64,000 nucleotides of DNA from Parvibaculum sp. (lineage in GTDB: Bacteria; Pseudomonadota; Alphaproteobacteria; Parvibaculales; Parvibaculaceae), in the NCBI RefSeq assembly GCF_045863935.1, contig NZ_BTVP01000007.1, positions 38,161-102,160 of the forward strand, given 5' to 3'. The translations under genes and the position numbers were made by a program. Below the pieces are notes generated by a model that was not told the DNA's origin, did no database searches, and was given only the letters and a program-made list of their open reading frames with translations. Of this stretch, positions 45,554 through 54,049 are shown piece after piece. Positions within the stretch are counted from its first letter, which is position 1. Every line of letters starts with the position of its first letter.

Positions 45554-45830
45554 GATTTCCTCCTCCATTGCCGCGAGCGGGCCGGGAAGGCCTGCCGCGC
45601 CTTTATTTCCCTGCCTTTCTTCTAGAACGGCGCATTATGAAAGGGTGTGGTGTTGTGTCTCTTTGTGTGCCCTTGCTTAAGACATGAGGTTTCTTGTCAG
45701 CACACGCCCTATTCCACTTAATTGTTCGCTAACTTCGGGGCAGGTTAGATAAACTGACAGTTAAGCTTCATCCGTACCGCTCTGCTTCCGGCGAGAAAGA
45801 AGCGGCGGCGCGGCTGACGTGGAGGAGAAG

Positions 45831-47516
45831 ATGACGCGCTCGCTGACAGATTTTCTGCGGCGCTACGCCCGCGAACAGGACGGCGTCATTTCCGTGATGG
45901 CGGTGGGGGCATTGGTGCTTGCGCTCGCCGTCGCCATGATCGTCGTCGACACCGGCGCCATGCTGTCTGCATATCGCAATCAGCAGGCGGCGACGGACGC
46001 GGCGGCTCTCGGCGCGGTGCGGCAGATCGCGGAAGCGCAAAACGTCGCCGAGACAATTTTCAACCTCAATCGCTTCGACGCCGGGGATATGGTTGCCACT
46101 CCCCTCTATTATGTCGCCGATCCCGCGCGCGCGCCGGACGACAGGTTCTTCACAGAGGGTCAGACAGCAAGCGACGGTACCGTGGTCAGCGGGTCGAGCT
46201 TCAATGCCGTTCGCGTGACAAAGCGTTCCCAGTCGCCGACCTATTTCGCACGGCTGTTCGGCTTCGGCAATCTCACGCAGATCGATACCGAAGCGGTCGC
46301 CGCCTATACCAAATACGTTTCCTTCTCGGCCGGAACGCGCGTTGCCTCGCTGGACGCAGGCCTTGCCAATCAGATTCTGGGCGGGCTCCTTGGTACGACG
46401 ATCAATCTTTCGCTCATCGACTACAATGCACTCGCCGACGCAAATATTGATGCGCTTGAATTTCTCGATGCACTGGCGACCGAGGTTGGCCTGCAAGCGG
46501 GATCGGACACCTACGGAGATCTCCTTGAGGCAGGCGTAACCGTCGGCGATATACTCAGCGCAGCTGTCGAGGTTCTGACCGGGGACAGTTTCGAAGGCGA
46601 CCCCTCGGTTGCGACATTGGCTCTCCAGACGGCACTCTCGCCCGTGGGAAATACGCAAGTCGACCTCGGCGATGTTCTCGATCTTGCCCCCGTTGCGCAA
46701 CGAACGGTTGGGTCGATCGGGTCGGCATTTGGCGACGATGTACCCTTCAACCTGTTCGACCTCGTCTCCGGCACCGCCGTGGCGCTTGGCGAGGGCCAGG
46801 TGGTGGGGTTCGATACGGACGTCAACCTCGGATCGCTCGCGTCGGTTTCCGGAACCGTCACCGTCGGCGCGCCGATGGCGCATATAGCCATCGGCAAGGT
46901 CGGTGACAGTGTGAGGACATCGCAGGTAACGGTGCAGCTCGAAGCGAAGATCGATACCGGCATCACTCAGCTTCTCAATTCTCAGATCAGTGTCCCGATC
47001 TACATCGTCGCAGCTGAAGGAACGGCAGCGGTTCAGGGCATCCCCTGCGCGCCCGGCGGGAACATCGCCGTCCTGTCCGGCACGACCGGTGCCGTCGCCG
47101 CCCGCTACGGAACGGAGTCCAATGCGGCACCGGAAATTGCTCGTATTGTCGTGGCCGGCTTGGAAGTCATGAGTTTGAGCGCCAGTGGCTCTTATCCGAT
47201 CGCAGCAAGCGGTCCCACCGATGTCAATTTCACCGAAGCAGACATTGAGAACCAGAACATCAAAACGGTGAGTTCCAGTTCGAACATCTTGGGTGGCCTT
47301 GGCGGAGCCCTGTCGATAGGTCAGGTGACGTTGCTCGGAATACCTATCCCCGGCCTTGCCGCATTACTGTCGACGCTTACGACGACTATCGGCAGCGCAT
47401 TGGGAATACTCGATACCGTTGTGGACTCCCTTCTCACCACACTCGGCGTCAAGCTCGGCGCGATGGACATGCTCGTCCATGGCGCGAAGTGCCGGGCGCC
47501 GACGCTCGTAAGTTAA
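45831..47516 (+). CDS. tadG: TadG-like pilus assembly protein
   Basis: N-terminal TadE/G-like segment ARQDGVISVMAVGALVLALAVAMIVVDTGAM followed by a long Ser/Thr/Gly/Val-rich extracellular region. The C-terminus is GAMDMLVHGAKCRAPTLVS. RBS GGAGGAG precedes the ATG at 45831. Confidence 0.68.
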   Translation: MTRSLTDFLRRYAREQDGVISVMAVGALVLALAVAMIVVDTGAMLSAYRNQQAATDAAALGAVRQIAEAQNVAETIFNLNRFDAGDMVATPLYYVADPARAPDDRFFTEGQTASDGTVVSGSSFNAVRVTKRSQSPTYFARLFGFGNLTQIDTEAVAAYTKYVSFSAGTRVASLDAGLANQILGGLLGTTINLSLIDYNALADANIDALEFLDALATEVGLQAGSDTYGDLLEAGVTVGDILSAAVEVLTGDSFEGDPSVATLALQTALSPVGNTQVDLGDVLDLAPVAQRTVGSIGSAFGDDVPFNLFDLVSGTAVALGEGQVVGFDTDVNLGSLASVSGTVTVGAPMAHIAIGKVGDSVRTSQVTVQLEAKIDTGITQLLNSQISVPIYIVAAEGTAAVQGIPCAPGGNIAVLSGTTGAVAARYGTESNAAPEIARIVVAGLEVMSLSASGSYPIAASGPTDVNFTEADIENQNIKTVSSSSNILGGLGGALSIGQVTLLGIPIPGLAALLSTLTTTIGSALGILDTVVDSLLTTLGVKLGAMDMLVHGAKCRAPTLVS

Positions 47517-47608
47517 CTGTACGCGCCCACACAACTCTTCAAAGTAACTCACACCGTTACCGCAGGAACGCCTAGAACCGGACATCGATATTCAGCGGTG
47601 GTTTGCTC

Positions 47609-47989
47609 ATGCGCGCGCTCATCTATGACGACGACGACGATCTTGCCCTCGAATGCGCGGAAGCGCTGCAGACCCGCGGCTTCGAGACGCGAATACGCGG
47701 CGATTGCGCAGATTTCACGAAGCTGCTTGGCGAGTTTGAGCCGGATCTCATCCTGCTCGACGTGCACATGCCGGAGTTCAATGGGTTCGAAGCTTTGCTG
47801 GCCCTCGCCGAGAACCCGCGCAAGGCCGACATATCCGTCATCATGATGTCGGGCGCGCGGGACAACCTGCTCGATGCGGGCACCTCGCTTTGCGGCGCCC
47901 ATGATATTCCGCTTCTCGGAACACTGCCCAAGCCCTTCGGCCTGCCGGATCTCGACAGGCTGCTTTCCCGCCGCAGCGCTCCGCGGTGA
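47609..47989 (+). CDS. Single-domain response regulator (receiver only)
   Basis: MRALIYDDDDD ... LILLDVHMPEFNGFE ... GTLPKPF, with the canonical acidic pocket, phospho-Asp and Lys. No output domain. Confidence 0.75.
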   Translation: MRALIYDDDDDLALECAEALQTRGFETRIRGDCADFTKLLGEFEPDLILLDVHMPEFNGFEALLALAENPRKADISVIMMSGARDNLLDAGTSLCGAHDIPLLGTLPKPFGLPDLDRLLSRRSAPR

Positions 47990-48124
47990 ACCTTTCCAGG
48001 TCTTACAAATGTCGACAGAGACGGGCCGCTTCGGAACACTCGGTTTACCGCCGGTTAAGCCCAAAAGGCTTTGATGTCGGGACAAGCGGTGCAGGGGCTG
48101 CCCGCGCATGGAGTGGAGTTCGAA

Positions 48125-48499
48125 ATGCGTGCATGCGTGCTCGTCGCCGACGACGATCCTGTTCAGCTTCAGGAGATGGTGGAGTTTCTCCAGGCGAATG
48201 ACCTTGATGTCATCACGGCCGCTGACGGTCATGAGGCAATCGAACGTATCGCCAGTGAGCGGCCGCGCATTCTCATGCTCGACGTCAACATGCCGGGATG
48301 GGATGGCGTTCGCGTGGCGGAAGCCGCGCGCAACCTCAACCACAAGGTCATCGTGATGCTGATGACGGCAGAAAGCGAAACGTACCACTATGCGAGTCTG
48401 GCCGATTGTGGCGCGGTCGCTGTGTTCCGCAAGCCGGTCCAGCTTGCCAAAATCACCGACTTCCTTCGTTCCGCTTTGGGACAGGCCGACGCCGCCTAG
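48125..48499 (+). CDS. Single-domain response regulator (receiver only)
   Basis: MRACVLVADDDPVQ ... ILMLDVNMPGWDG ... VFRKPV. The ATG at 48125 follows GGAGTGGAG; the tracked ORF begins at 48071. Confidence 0.75.
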   Translation: MRACVLVADDDPVQLQEMVEFLQANDLDVITAADGHEAIERIASERPRILMLDVNMPGWDGVRVAEAARNLNHKVIVMLMTAESETYHYASLADCGAVAVFRKPVQLAKITDFLRSALGQADAA

Positions 48500-48587
48500 G
48501 GGCCGGAACCCATATCCACCAAGTTCGACGCTCTTAACCTGTTGAAAAGTGATACGATCCGCCTAACCTCATTGGACGAGGTCAGGC

Positions 48588-49040
48588 ATGATCAAGTTCG
48601 TGATCAAATCGCTGGTAGTGCTGGTCCTTGTCGGCCATGCAATCAAGCTTGTGGAACCGGCCGAGCCGGCCACGGCGGAACCCGGCTTCATGCCTGCCGC
48701 TTATGCGCAAGGGCCGGCAGATCCCAGACCCGACATGTCGCCGAACCTCTCGACCTTCACCAATGCACAGATCGTGGTATCGCATGCGGCGCGCGACGTC
48801 ACTGGTTTCTGCGAACGTGAACCGCTCGCCTGTCAGTCGGGACGGGAGCTGGCGGCCCGTCTGGCCTCTGGCATTCGGGATATTGCCGCCGGTGTTGCCC
48901 AGTGGGCGCGGGAAGACGAGGGCCGGAACGACGTTATCGTGGAAGGTGGCGAGGAAGGCGAATATCGGCCGCTTACAGACTACAGGGGAGAATACCCGAT
49001 CCTTCCGGAAGCACCGCCGGCGCGCGGCAGCACATTCTAA
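48588..49040 (+). CDS. Hypothetical membrane-anchored/secreted protein
   Basis: 150 aa with an N-terminal hydrophobic segment (IKSLVVLVLVGHAI) and a Cys pair in FCEREPLAC. No domain recognised. Confidence 0.45.
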   Translation: MIKFVIKSLVVLVLVGHAIKLVEPAEPATAEPGFMPAAYAQGPADPRPDMSPNLSTFTNAQIVVSHAARDVTGFCEREPLACQSGRELAARLASGIRDIAAGVAQWAREDEGRNDVIVEGGEEGEYRPLTDYRGEYPILPEAPPARGSTF

Positions 49041-49063
49041 ACCTCTGCGAAGTTATCTCTGCG

Positions 49064-49579
49064 TCAGTTACGAGTGTTGCCGCCTGCAAGATCGCGCAGG
49101 GAACGCTCGAGCCGATCCGCCATTTCCGGCATTTCCCGCCGCAGCGCTTCTATCCGGCGCAGCATGCTCTTCGCCGTCAGATAGGCTACGTCGAAACGGC
49201 GACTTACTTGCGAGGCCGTGAGGTTCTGATTTCTGATCTGCGTTGCGTAGAAAAGCTTCACCCAGGCCGAGACGGGGAGGCGCGAGCGATGCAACTGGGT
49301 GCCGGAGGTTACGCTGTACTGACACCGCCGGCACGCCTTGCAGGTCCAGAGACCGGGCCGCGTCGTAAGGCGGCTCGCCGCTCCCTTCGCGCCGCAATTC
49401 ATGCAGACAGGTCCTTCCGGCCACCGAGCGCTTTCCAGAAGCTCCCTGCAGAATTCTTCCGACTCCATCGTTTCCGTCACAGAGCGTGAACGGCTTGGCG
49501 CCACTGTTCCGCCTTGTCGGGCGCGATAAGCTGACTGTACGTAGTAGGGCTCTTGGGACATTCGTTTCTCGCCTGCCAT
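49064..49579 (-). CDS. IS1595-like transposase N-terminal zinc-ribbon/HTH protein (no DDE domain)
   Basis: FCRELLESARWPEGPVCMNCGAKG ... WTCKACRRCQYSVTSGTQLHRSRLPVSAW matches the transposase zinc-ribbon domain pattern. No catalytic DDE region and no inverted repeats are seen. The start may be MESEEF at 49468. Confidence 0.6.
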   Translation of the reverse strand: MAGEKRMSQEPYYVQSAYRARQGGTVAPSRSRSVTETMESEEFCRELLESARWPEGPVCMNCGAKGAASRLTTRPGLWTCKACRRCQYSVTSGTQLHRSRLPVSAWVKLFYATQIRNQNLTASQVSRRFDVAYLTAKSMLRRIEALRREMPEMADRLERSLRDLAGGNTRN

Positions 49580-49928
49580 TCTTCTGGATCGTGAATGGGA
49601 AGCCCCGGGGCCGCGCTGCGTGGGGTTCGTTTTTCCGCATCACTGCCCCGGGGGAGGGCAACCAGAGATCGGCGGCTGAGAATGAGGCCGGCTCGATGCA
49701 TTCCAGGGGACCTTGTGTGCAGAGTGGGGGGCTCGTGAGGTCGCCGAATATGCAAGCGCGCCTGTCTCTCCTCTGTTGCCGCCGGTCATGATTTCCGGCG
49801 CCCGGGTCCGTCTCCGACAGCCTTCCATTCAACTCACTGCAATTGTCGCGACGCCCCCGGGCAAGTCATGGGGAATTCAGTCGATTTATGTAACCGTCGC
49901 CCACACACCCTCCTCCGGACATCCTTAC

Positions 49929-49953
49929 AACGCGTTCCCCCGCAATTCGTTCC
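49929..49953 (-). promoter_or_regulatory. EcfG-type promoter motif (GGAAC-N16-CGTT), minus strand
   Basis: The reverse strand reads GGAAC-gaattgcgggggaacg-CGTT and points toward 49920 and lower coordinates. Confidence 0.4.
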
Positions 49954-50094
49954 GGGCGTCGGGGGCGAAGAAAAATGCCTGCCATTAAGTCGCAAGCAGA
50001 TGGCCGAATAGTCAGCCCTCATGCAACGGATTCGCCCGGACCGCGTTGTCGCCATAAGTCCGGCCACCACACGATCTCGGAAGGGAGTTACAGC

Positions 50095-50367
50095 ATGAGC
50101 GTCATGTCGGAGGTCACCCAGCAGAAGTGGGAGCGGCGTCTTCGTTCGTTCTGGATCGTGGGCGGCACGCTCTTCATCGCCGGCATTCTTGCCGCCCGGC
50201 CATTGACAGAGTCATTCGAGACGATGCGGTGGTTCATTCCTCTCGCCATCATCTCGCTCTTCTCGGCGCTGGCGATGAGCGGCGTCGCCTGGTTGCTGTT
50301 GCAGATTGCTCTGTCGCATCGCGATCGCGATCAGCGGATTCGCTCGCGGACAGCGAGTTTTCGATAA
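50095..50367 (+). CDS. Small two-TM membrane protein (hypothetical)
   Basis: MSVMSEVTQQKWERRLRSFWIVGGTLFIAGILAA ... FIPLAIISLFSALAMSGVAWLLL, with RBS GGAAGGGAG upstream of the ATG at 50095. Confidence 0.45.
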   Translation: MSVMSEVTQQKWERRLRSFWIVGGTLFIAGILAARPLTESFETMRWFIPLAIISLFSALAMSGVAWLLLQIALSHRDRDQRIRSRTASFR

Positions 50368-50583
50368 GCGAGCCGGACGCCGACGCCAAAGAATCTGATC
50401 AATAAGCCGTGTACGGATGAGTTGGGTGGACGTTCCGTACAGTTGGCCTTTCTCAGGCAAGCCCGTTTGTCGGGTACGCGCCACCGAGCAGATACGCCGC
50501 CTCATCCCTTCGCGTATCGCCGCGACGATCCCGAAGGTGGTGGCGGCGCCGAGAAGCTGCGAAGGAGACTGAGGTACAGCTCC

Positions 50584-51081
50584 ATGGACATCTGGCAGAC
50601 CATCGTTTCATCCGATGTCTTCAACTACACATTGAGGCTCGGATCCGCCGCTCTGATGGGCGGTATCATCGGCATCGACCGCGAAGCAAGAGACAGGCCC
50701 GCCGGACTGCGCACCCATATGATGACGGCGATGGCCGCGTCGATCTTCACCGTCCTCACGCTTGAGCTGTATGTAACCTTCGCGGCAGGAAATCCCGACA
50801 GCAATGCCGATCCGATCCGTATCATCGAAGCGGTCACTGCAGGCGTGGCGTTCCTCGCGGCTGGCGCCATAATACAGGCGCGGGGGCAGGTGAAAGGCCT
50901 CACCACAGGCGCCGGCATGTGGCTTGCGGGCGCTTTAGGCGTTGCCTGCGGCACGGAGAATTATCTCGTCGCCCTTGTCGGTCTGTTTCTTGCCACAGTC
51001 ATCCTCGTGGCAATTCGCCCTCTCGAGGCGCACTTCTCCACCGGCAAAGATGAATCCTCTGCCCGCGGAGAAGACCGGTGA
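50584..51081 (+). CDS. MgtC/SapB family membrane protein
   Basis: MDIWQTIVSS ... LRLGSAALMGGIIGIDREARDRPAGLRTHMMTAMAASIFTV is the canonical MgtC N-terminal domain. Confidence 0.85.
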   Translation: MDIWQTIVSSDVFNYTLRLGSAALMGGIIGIDREARDRPAGLRTHMMTAMAASIFTVLTLELYVTFAAGNPDSNADPIRIIEAVTAGVAFLAAGAIIQARGQVKGLTTGAGMWLAGALGVACGTENYLVALVGLFLATVILVAIRPLEAHFSTGKDESSARGEDR

Positions 51082-51116
51082 ACTTCCGGCAGGACGACAA
51101 GTGCGCGGAACTTCAT

Positions 51117-51142
51117 GGAACCCTGACGCCTTCCGCCAGTTT
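51117..51142 (+). promoter_or_regulatory. EcfG-type promoter candidate upstream of DUF1328-csbD
   Basis: GGAAC-N17-GTTT (GGAACcctgacgccttccgccaGTTT). A second GGAAC lies 10 nt upstream at 51107. Confidence 0.4.
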
Positions 51143-51242
51143 CATATGCATGCCGACGGGCTTTCGTCGCCGATACGATCGGCGCGGCCAGCCGGACGGA
51201 TAACCGCCGGTAGGCGGACCCATAAACAAGGGACGGTGAACC

Positions 51243-51419
51243 ATGCTTTACTGGGCAGCAGTCTTCTTCGTGATCGCCTTGATCGCCGCCGTTTTCGGCT
51301 TTGGCGGTATTGCGGCAGCCTCGGCCGGCGTCGCGAAGATTCTTTTCGTCATCTTCCTCGTGCTTTTCCTGGTGAGTCTCATCTTCGGGTACACGAGGCG
51401 CCCGGGCCCTCCGCTTTGA
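51243..51419 (+). CDS. DUF1328 family small membrane protein
   Basis: Hand-translated 58 aa, below the track cutoff: [58 protein letters not shown]. This is the typical DUF1328 pattern. Confidence 0.7.
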   Translation: MLYWAAVFFVIALIAAVFGFGGIAAASAGVAKILFVIFLVLFLVSLIFGYTRRPGPPL

Positions 51420-51469
51420 GGGGATAACGAGGCCAGCCACGGTGATGCAGCAGTAACAGGAGTACATCG

Positions 51470-51667
51470 ATGAATTGGGACCAGATTGAAGGTAACTGGA
51501 CGCAGATGAAGGGCCGCGTAAAGGAGGCATGGGGCGACGTTACCGATTCCGATCTCCAGAAGATCGAAGGCAAACGTGAGAGGCTCGCCGGCATTCTTCA
51601 GGAGCGCTACGGCAAAGAAAAAGAGAAGGTCGAGAAAGAGATCGACAGCTGGCTTTCTCGCCAATAG
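51470..51667 (+). CDS. CsbD family general stress protein
   Basis: MNWDQIEGNWTQMKGRVKEAWGDVTDSDLQKIEGKRERLAGILQERYG is the canonical CsbD motif. Confidence 0.85.
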   Translation: MNWDQIEGNWTQMKGRVKEAWGDVTDSDLQKIEGKRERLAGILQERYGKEKEKVEKEIDSWLSRQ

Positions 51668-51879
51668 CAATCGCAGAGTTCGGCTTTGCCGCGCCAGTCT
51701 TCCGCAGACAGTGAGAAGACTGGCGCTTCCTGCACTGGACGCATCTACGTCCGTTTACGGAGTACTACACCTCATCCATGACGGCATTCCGCCCGCCACA
51801 TTGCGGCCATGATGAAGCTTATGGTCGGCATCGAGGGGAGAAGACATCCCCCTGAATGTTGAGGCAGATGAACGATTTT

Positions 51880-51904
51880 TGAACCATCGTCGTAATCGGG
51901 CGTT
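51880..51904 (+). promoter_or_regulatory. EcfG-type promoter candidate upstream of nepR-ecfG
   Basis: TGAAC-catcgtcgtaatcggg-CGTT (N16), about 60 nt upstream of the nepR start. It is consistent with the autoregulation known for this locus type. Confidence 0.45.
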
Positions 51905-51964
51905 GACAGGTCGAATATTCCGTTGCGCGCCAGGCGAGGCGCCCGAACAGCGACATGGCTTGAG

Positions 51965-52144
51965 ATGATCGATGATCGAACAAAGGCGGGACGGCATGGC
52001 GACGAACTGCGTCGCGAACGGCTAGCCCGCAGCGGGAACATGGGTCGCGAGTTGCGGGCGCTCTATCGCAGCGCGGCTCAAGAGCCCGTCCCCATGGAAT
52101 TCATTCGGTTACTAAACCAGCTTGAAGCAGGTGATGAGAACTGA
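51965..52144 (+). CDS. nepR: NepR family anti-sigma factor (copy 1)
   Basis: C-terminal motif GRELRALYRSAAQEPVPMEFIRLLNQLE. The gene lies immediately upstream of the ECF sigma gene and overlaps it. Confidence 0.7.
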   Translation: MIDDRTKAGRHGDELRRERLARSGNMGRELRALYRSAAQEPVPMEFIRLLNQLEAGDEN

Positions 52145-52757
52145 TCGCATGAGGGACCAGGTTGAAAAACCGGCGGAAGCGGAGCCGCTGTCCGATGCCG
52201 ATTTCAAACAGGAGTTGGAGGCGCTCATCCCCCATCTGCGCGCGTTTGCCAGAAATCTCTGCGGCAGGCCAGATGTTGCCGACGATCTGGCGCAAGACGC
52301 CCTCCTCAAGGCTTGGGCGGCACGCAAGCGCTATAGAGCGGGCACAAATATGCGCGCGTGGGTTTTCGTCATTCTGCGTAACCAGTTTCTGTCGCAAATG
52401 CGGCGCGCCCGCTTCAAGGGCGAGTGGGACGAGAGCGTTGCAGAGCGCACACTCTCCTCGCCAGCGCATCAGGACCACCAGATGCAGCTGGGCGATTTGC
52501 AGCGGGCTTTGATGCGACTGCCGGAGGCACAACGCGAGGCTCTGATACTCGTGGGAGCTGGCGGCTTTTCGTACGAGGAGGCGGCAGATATATGCGACTG
52601 CGCCATCGGCACGGTAAAAAGCCGCGTGGCCCGCGCGAGAGCGGCTCTTGACGAGATGATCGACAACGGTGCCTTGCCTGCGCGGGCGGACAGTACGCTC
52701 AGGGCCGGCGACACGACGAACGCCATCATGGACGCCATGGACAAGCTGACGCGCTAG
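52134..52757 (+). CDS. ecfG: ECF sigma factor, EcfG family (general stress response)
   Basis: Sigma-70 region 2 (DDLAQDALLKAWAARKRY ... AWVFVILRNQF) and region 4 (REALILVGAGGFSYEEAADICDCAIGTVKSRVARAR). It is adjacent to nepR and phyR. The start is ambiguous (52122, 52134 or 52149). Confidence 0.85.
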   Translation: MRTDRMRDQVEKPAEAEPLSDADFKQELEALIPHLRAFARNLCGRPDVADDLAQDALLKAWAARKRYRAGTNMRAWVFVILRNQFLSQMRRARFKGEWDESVAERTLSSPAHQDHQMQLGDLQRALMRLPEAQREALILVGAGGFSYEEAADICDCAIGTVKSRVARARAALDEMIDNGALPARADSTLRAGDTTNAIMDAMDKLTR

Positions 52758-52767
52758 CGTGCAGACG

Positions 52768-53562
52768 TCAGGCGGCTTCGCTTTTCTCACTGTTGAAGAA
52801 GAGCGCTTGCCCGATGGCCGCTTTCACGGTGCTCTGAAGGAAGGGCTTGGTTATGAGGAAGGTCGGCTCCGGGCGTTCCCCCGTCAGCAATCGCTCCGGA
52901 TAGGCGGTCACGAAGATAACGGGAACAGAGAACCGGGCGAAAATGTCCTTCACGGCGTCGATACCCGAGCTTCCGTCGGCGAGCTGTATATCCGCAAGCA
53001 CAAGGCCCGGCTTCTTCGTTGCAATGGCGTTGGCTGCCTCGTCACGCGTCACCACCGTGGCCAGGACGTCGTGGCCAAGGTCTCTGACGATCTGCTCGAG
53101 ATCCATCGAAATGATCGGCTCGTCTTCGATGATGAGGACGGTGGTCGCGATCTGACTGTCGATTTCCTTCAGCGCGGCATCGATCAACGATGAAACCCGG
53201 CTTTCGTCCACTTGCAGGACTTGCGCCGTTTCGCGGTTGGTAAATCCTTCCATCGCCGTCAGCAGCAAGGCCTGCCTGTTGATCGGCGTCATCCGGGAGA
53301 GGCGCTGCGACACGATGCTCTCCACTCCGCCTGCTTCCTCCGGCTGGGCGACGTCCAGGTCTGCAGTCGACCAGATCCCGTGAAATGCCTTGTACAGCCC
53401 TGTACGCACATCGGCCTCGCGGCCGATGACGCTTTCGTCTGCAACAATCGCCTCAAGCAAGGAACGCACATAGGCGTCCCCGCGTTTTTGACTACCGGTG
53501 AGCGCGCGCGCATAACGGCGCAGGTGCGGAAGAAGAGGTGCGATTTGGTCTGCGAGCGACAT
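52768..53562 (-). CDS. phyR: Anti-anti-sigma response regulator PhyR
   Basis: N-terminal sigma-like domain (LLPHLRRYARALTGSQKRGDAYV ... NRQALLLTAMEGFTNRETAQVL) and C-terminal REC (VLIIEDEPIISMDLE ... LVLADIQLADGSSG ... ITKPF). Confidence 0.9.
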   Translation of the reverse strand: MSLADQIAPLLPHLRRYARALTGSQKRGDAYVRSLLEAIVADESVIGREADVRTGLYKAFHGIWSTADLDVAQPEEAGGVESIVSQRLSRMTPINRQALLLTAMEGFTNRETAQVLQVDESRVSSLIDAALKEIDSQIATTVLIIEDEPIISMDLEQIVRDLGHDVLATVVTRDEAANAIATKKPGLVLADIQLADGSSGIDAVKDIFARFSVPVIFVTAYPERLLTGERPEPTFLITKPFLQSTVKAAIGQALFFNSEKSEAA

Positions 53563-53661
53563 TCCAGTGCATTCTCCGTTTGGGTTCGATCATAGCCAAA
53601 TCTCGCCGCCTTGCGAGATTCAGGCCCGCGAACTAAATTCGTAAAAACTCCCTCATCTCAG

Positions 53662-53687
53662 GGAACCCTCGGAAAACAAAAGAGTTT
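53662..53687 (+). promoter_or_regulatory. EcfG-type promoter candidate upstream of nepR copy 2
   Basis: GGAAC-cctcggaaaacaaaaga-GTTT (N17) in the phyR/nepR2 divergent spacer. Confidence 0.35.
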
Positions 53688-53772
53688 CATCCCTTATTGA
53701 AATATTTTCCTCGCCTTCAGCATTTACCGATCGCGAACGTGTTGAAGTCGACGCCAATGGCGCGGTGAAAAA

Positions 53773-53982
53773 GTGGCGAACGACAAGGATATGCAGAGTC
53801 AGCCGGAGAAAGATGGCAAATCTGCGAATACGCGGGACAAGCTTGAGCAGAGCGCCCGGCGCGAAGCGCTGGGGACGGGGCTGCGCCGCGCCTATCAAAA
53901 AGTCCTGAACGAGCCCGTTCCCGACGAGTTTTCCGCACTTTTGAGCCGTCTGTCCGACGCCGGGGGGGACAATGGCGATTAG
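53773..53982 (+). CDS. nepR: NepR family anti-sigma factor (copy 2)
   Basis: C-terminal motif GLRRAYQKVLNEPVPDEFSALLSRLSD. The gene is divergent from phyR and upstream of the HWE/HisKA_2 kinase. Confidence 0.7.
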   Translation: MANDKDMQSQPEKDGKSANTRDKLEQSARREALGTGLRRAYQKVLNEPVPDEFSALLSRLSDAGGDNGD

Positions 53983-54049
53983 GCGGGGCCGGCCTTAGGC
54001 GAGGGGATAAACCTGTCGGGATAGGCAAGGCCAGATCAGGGGCTGATGG

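Noticed and set aside
39867-47000. Long ORFs 39867-40892, 41137-42285, 44468-45550, 44871-45680 and 45768-46883
   Set aside because: They are antisense or out of frame relative to cpaC, cpaB, lipoprotein 3 and tadG, with Arg/Pro/Ser-rich compositions. The Pro/Ser-rich frames over the lipoprotein genes are expected artefacts of GGN/GCC-rich coding repeats.
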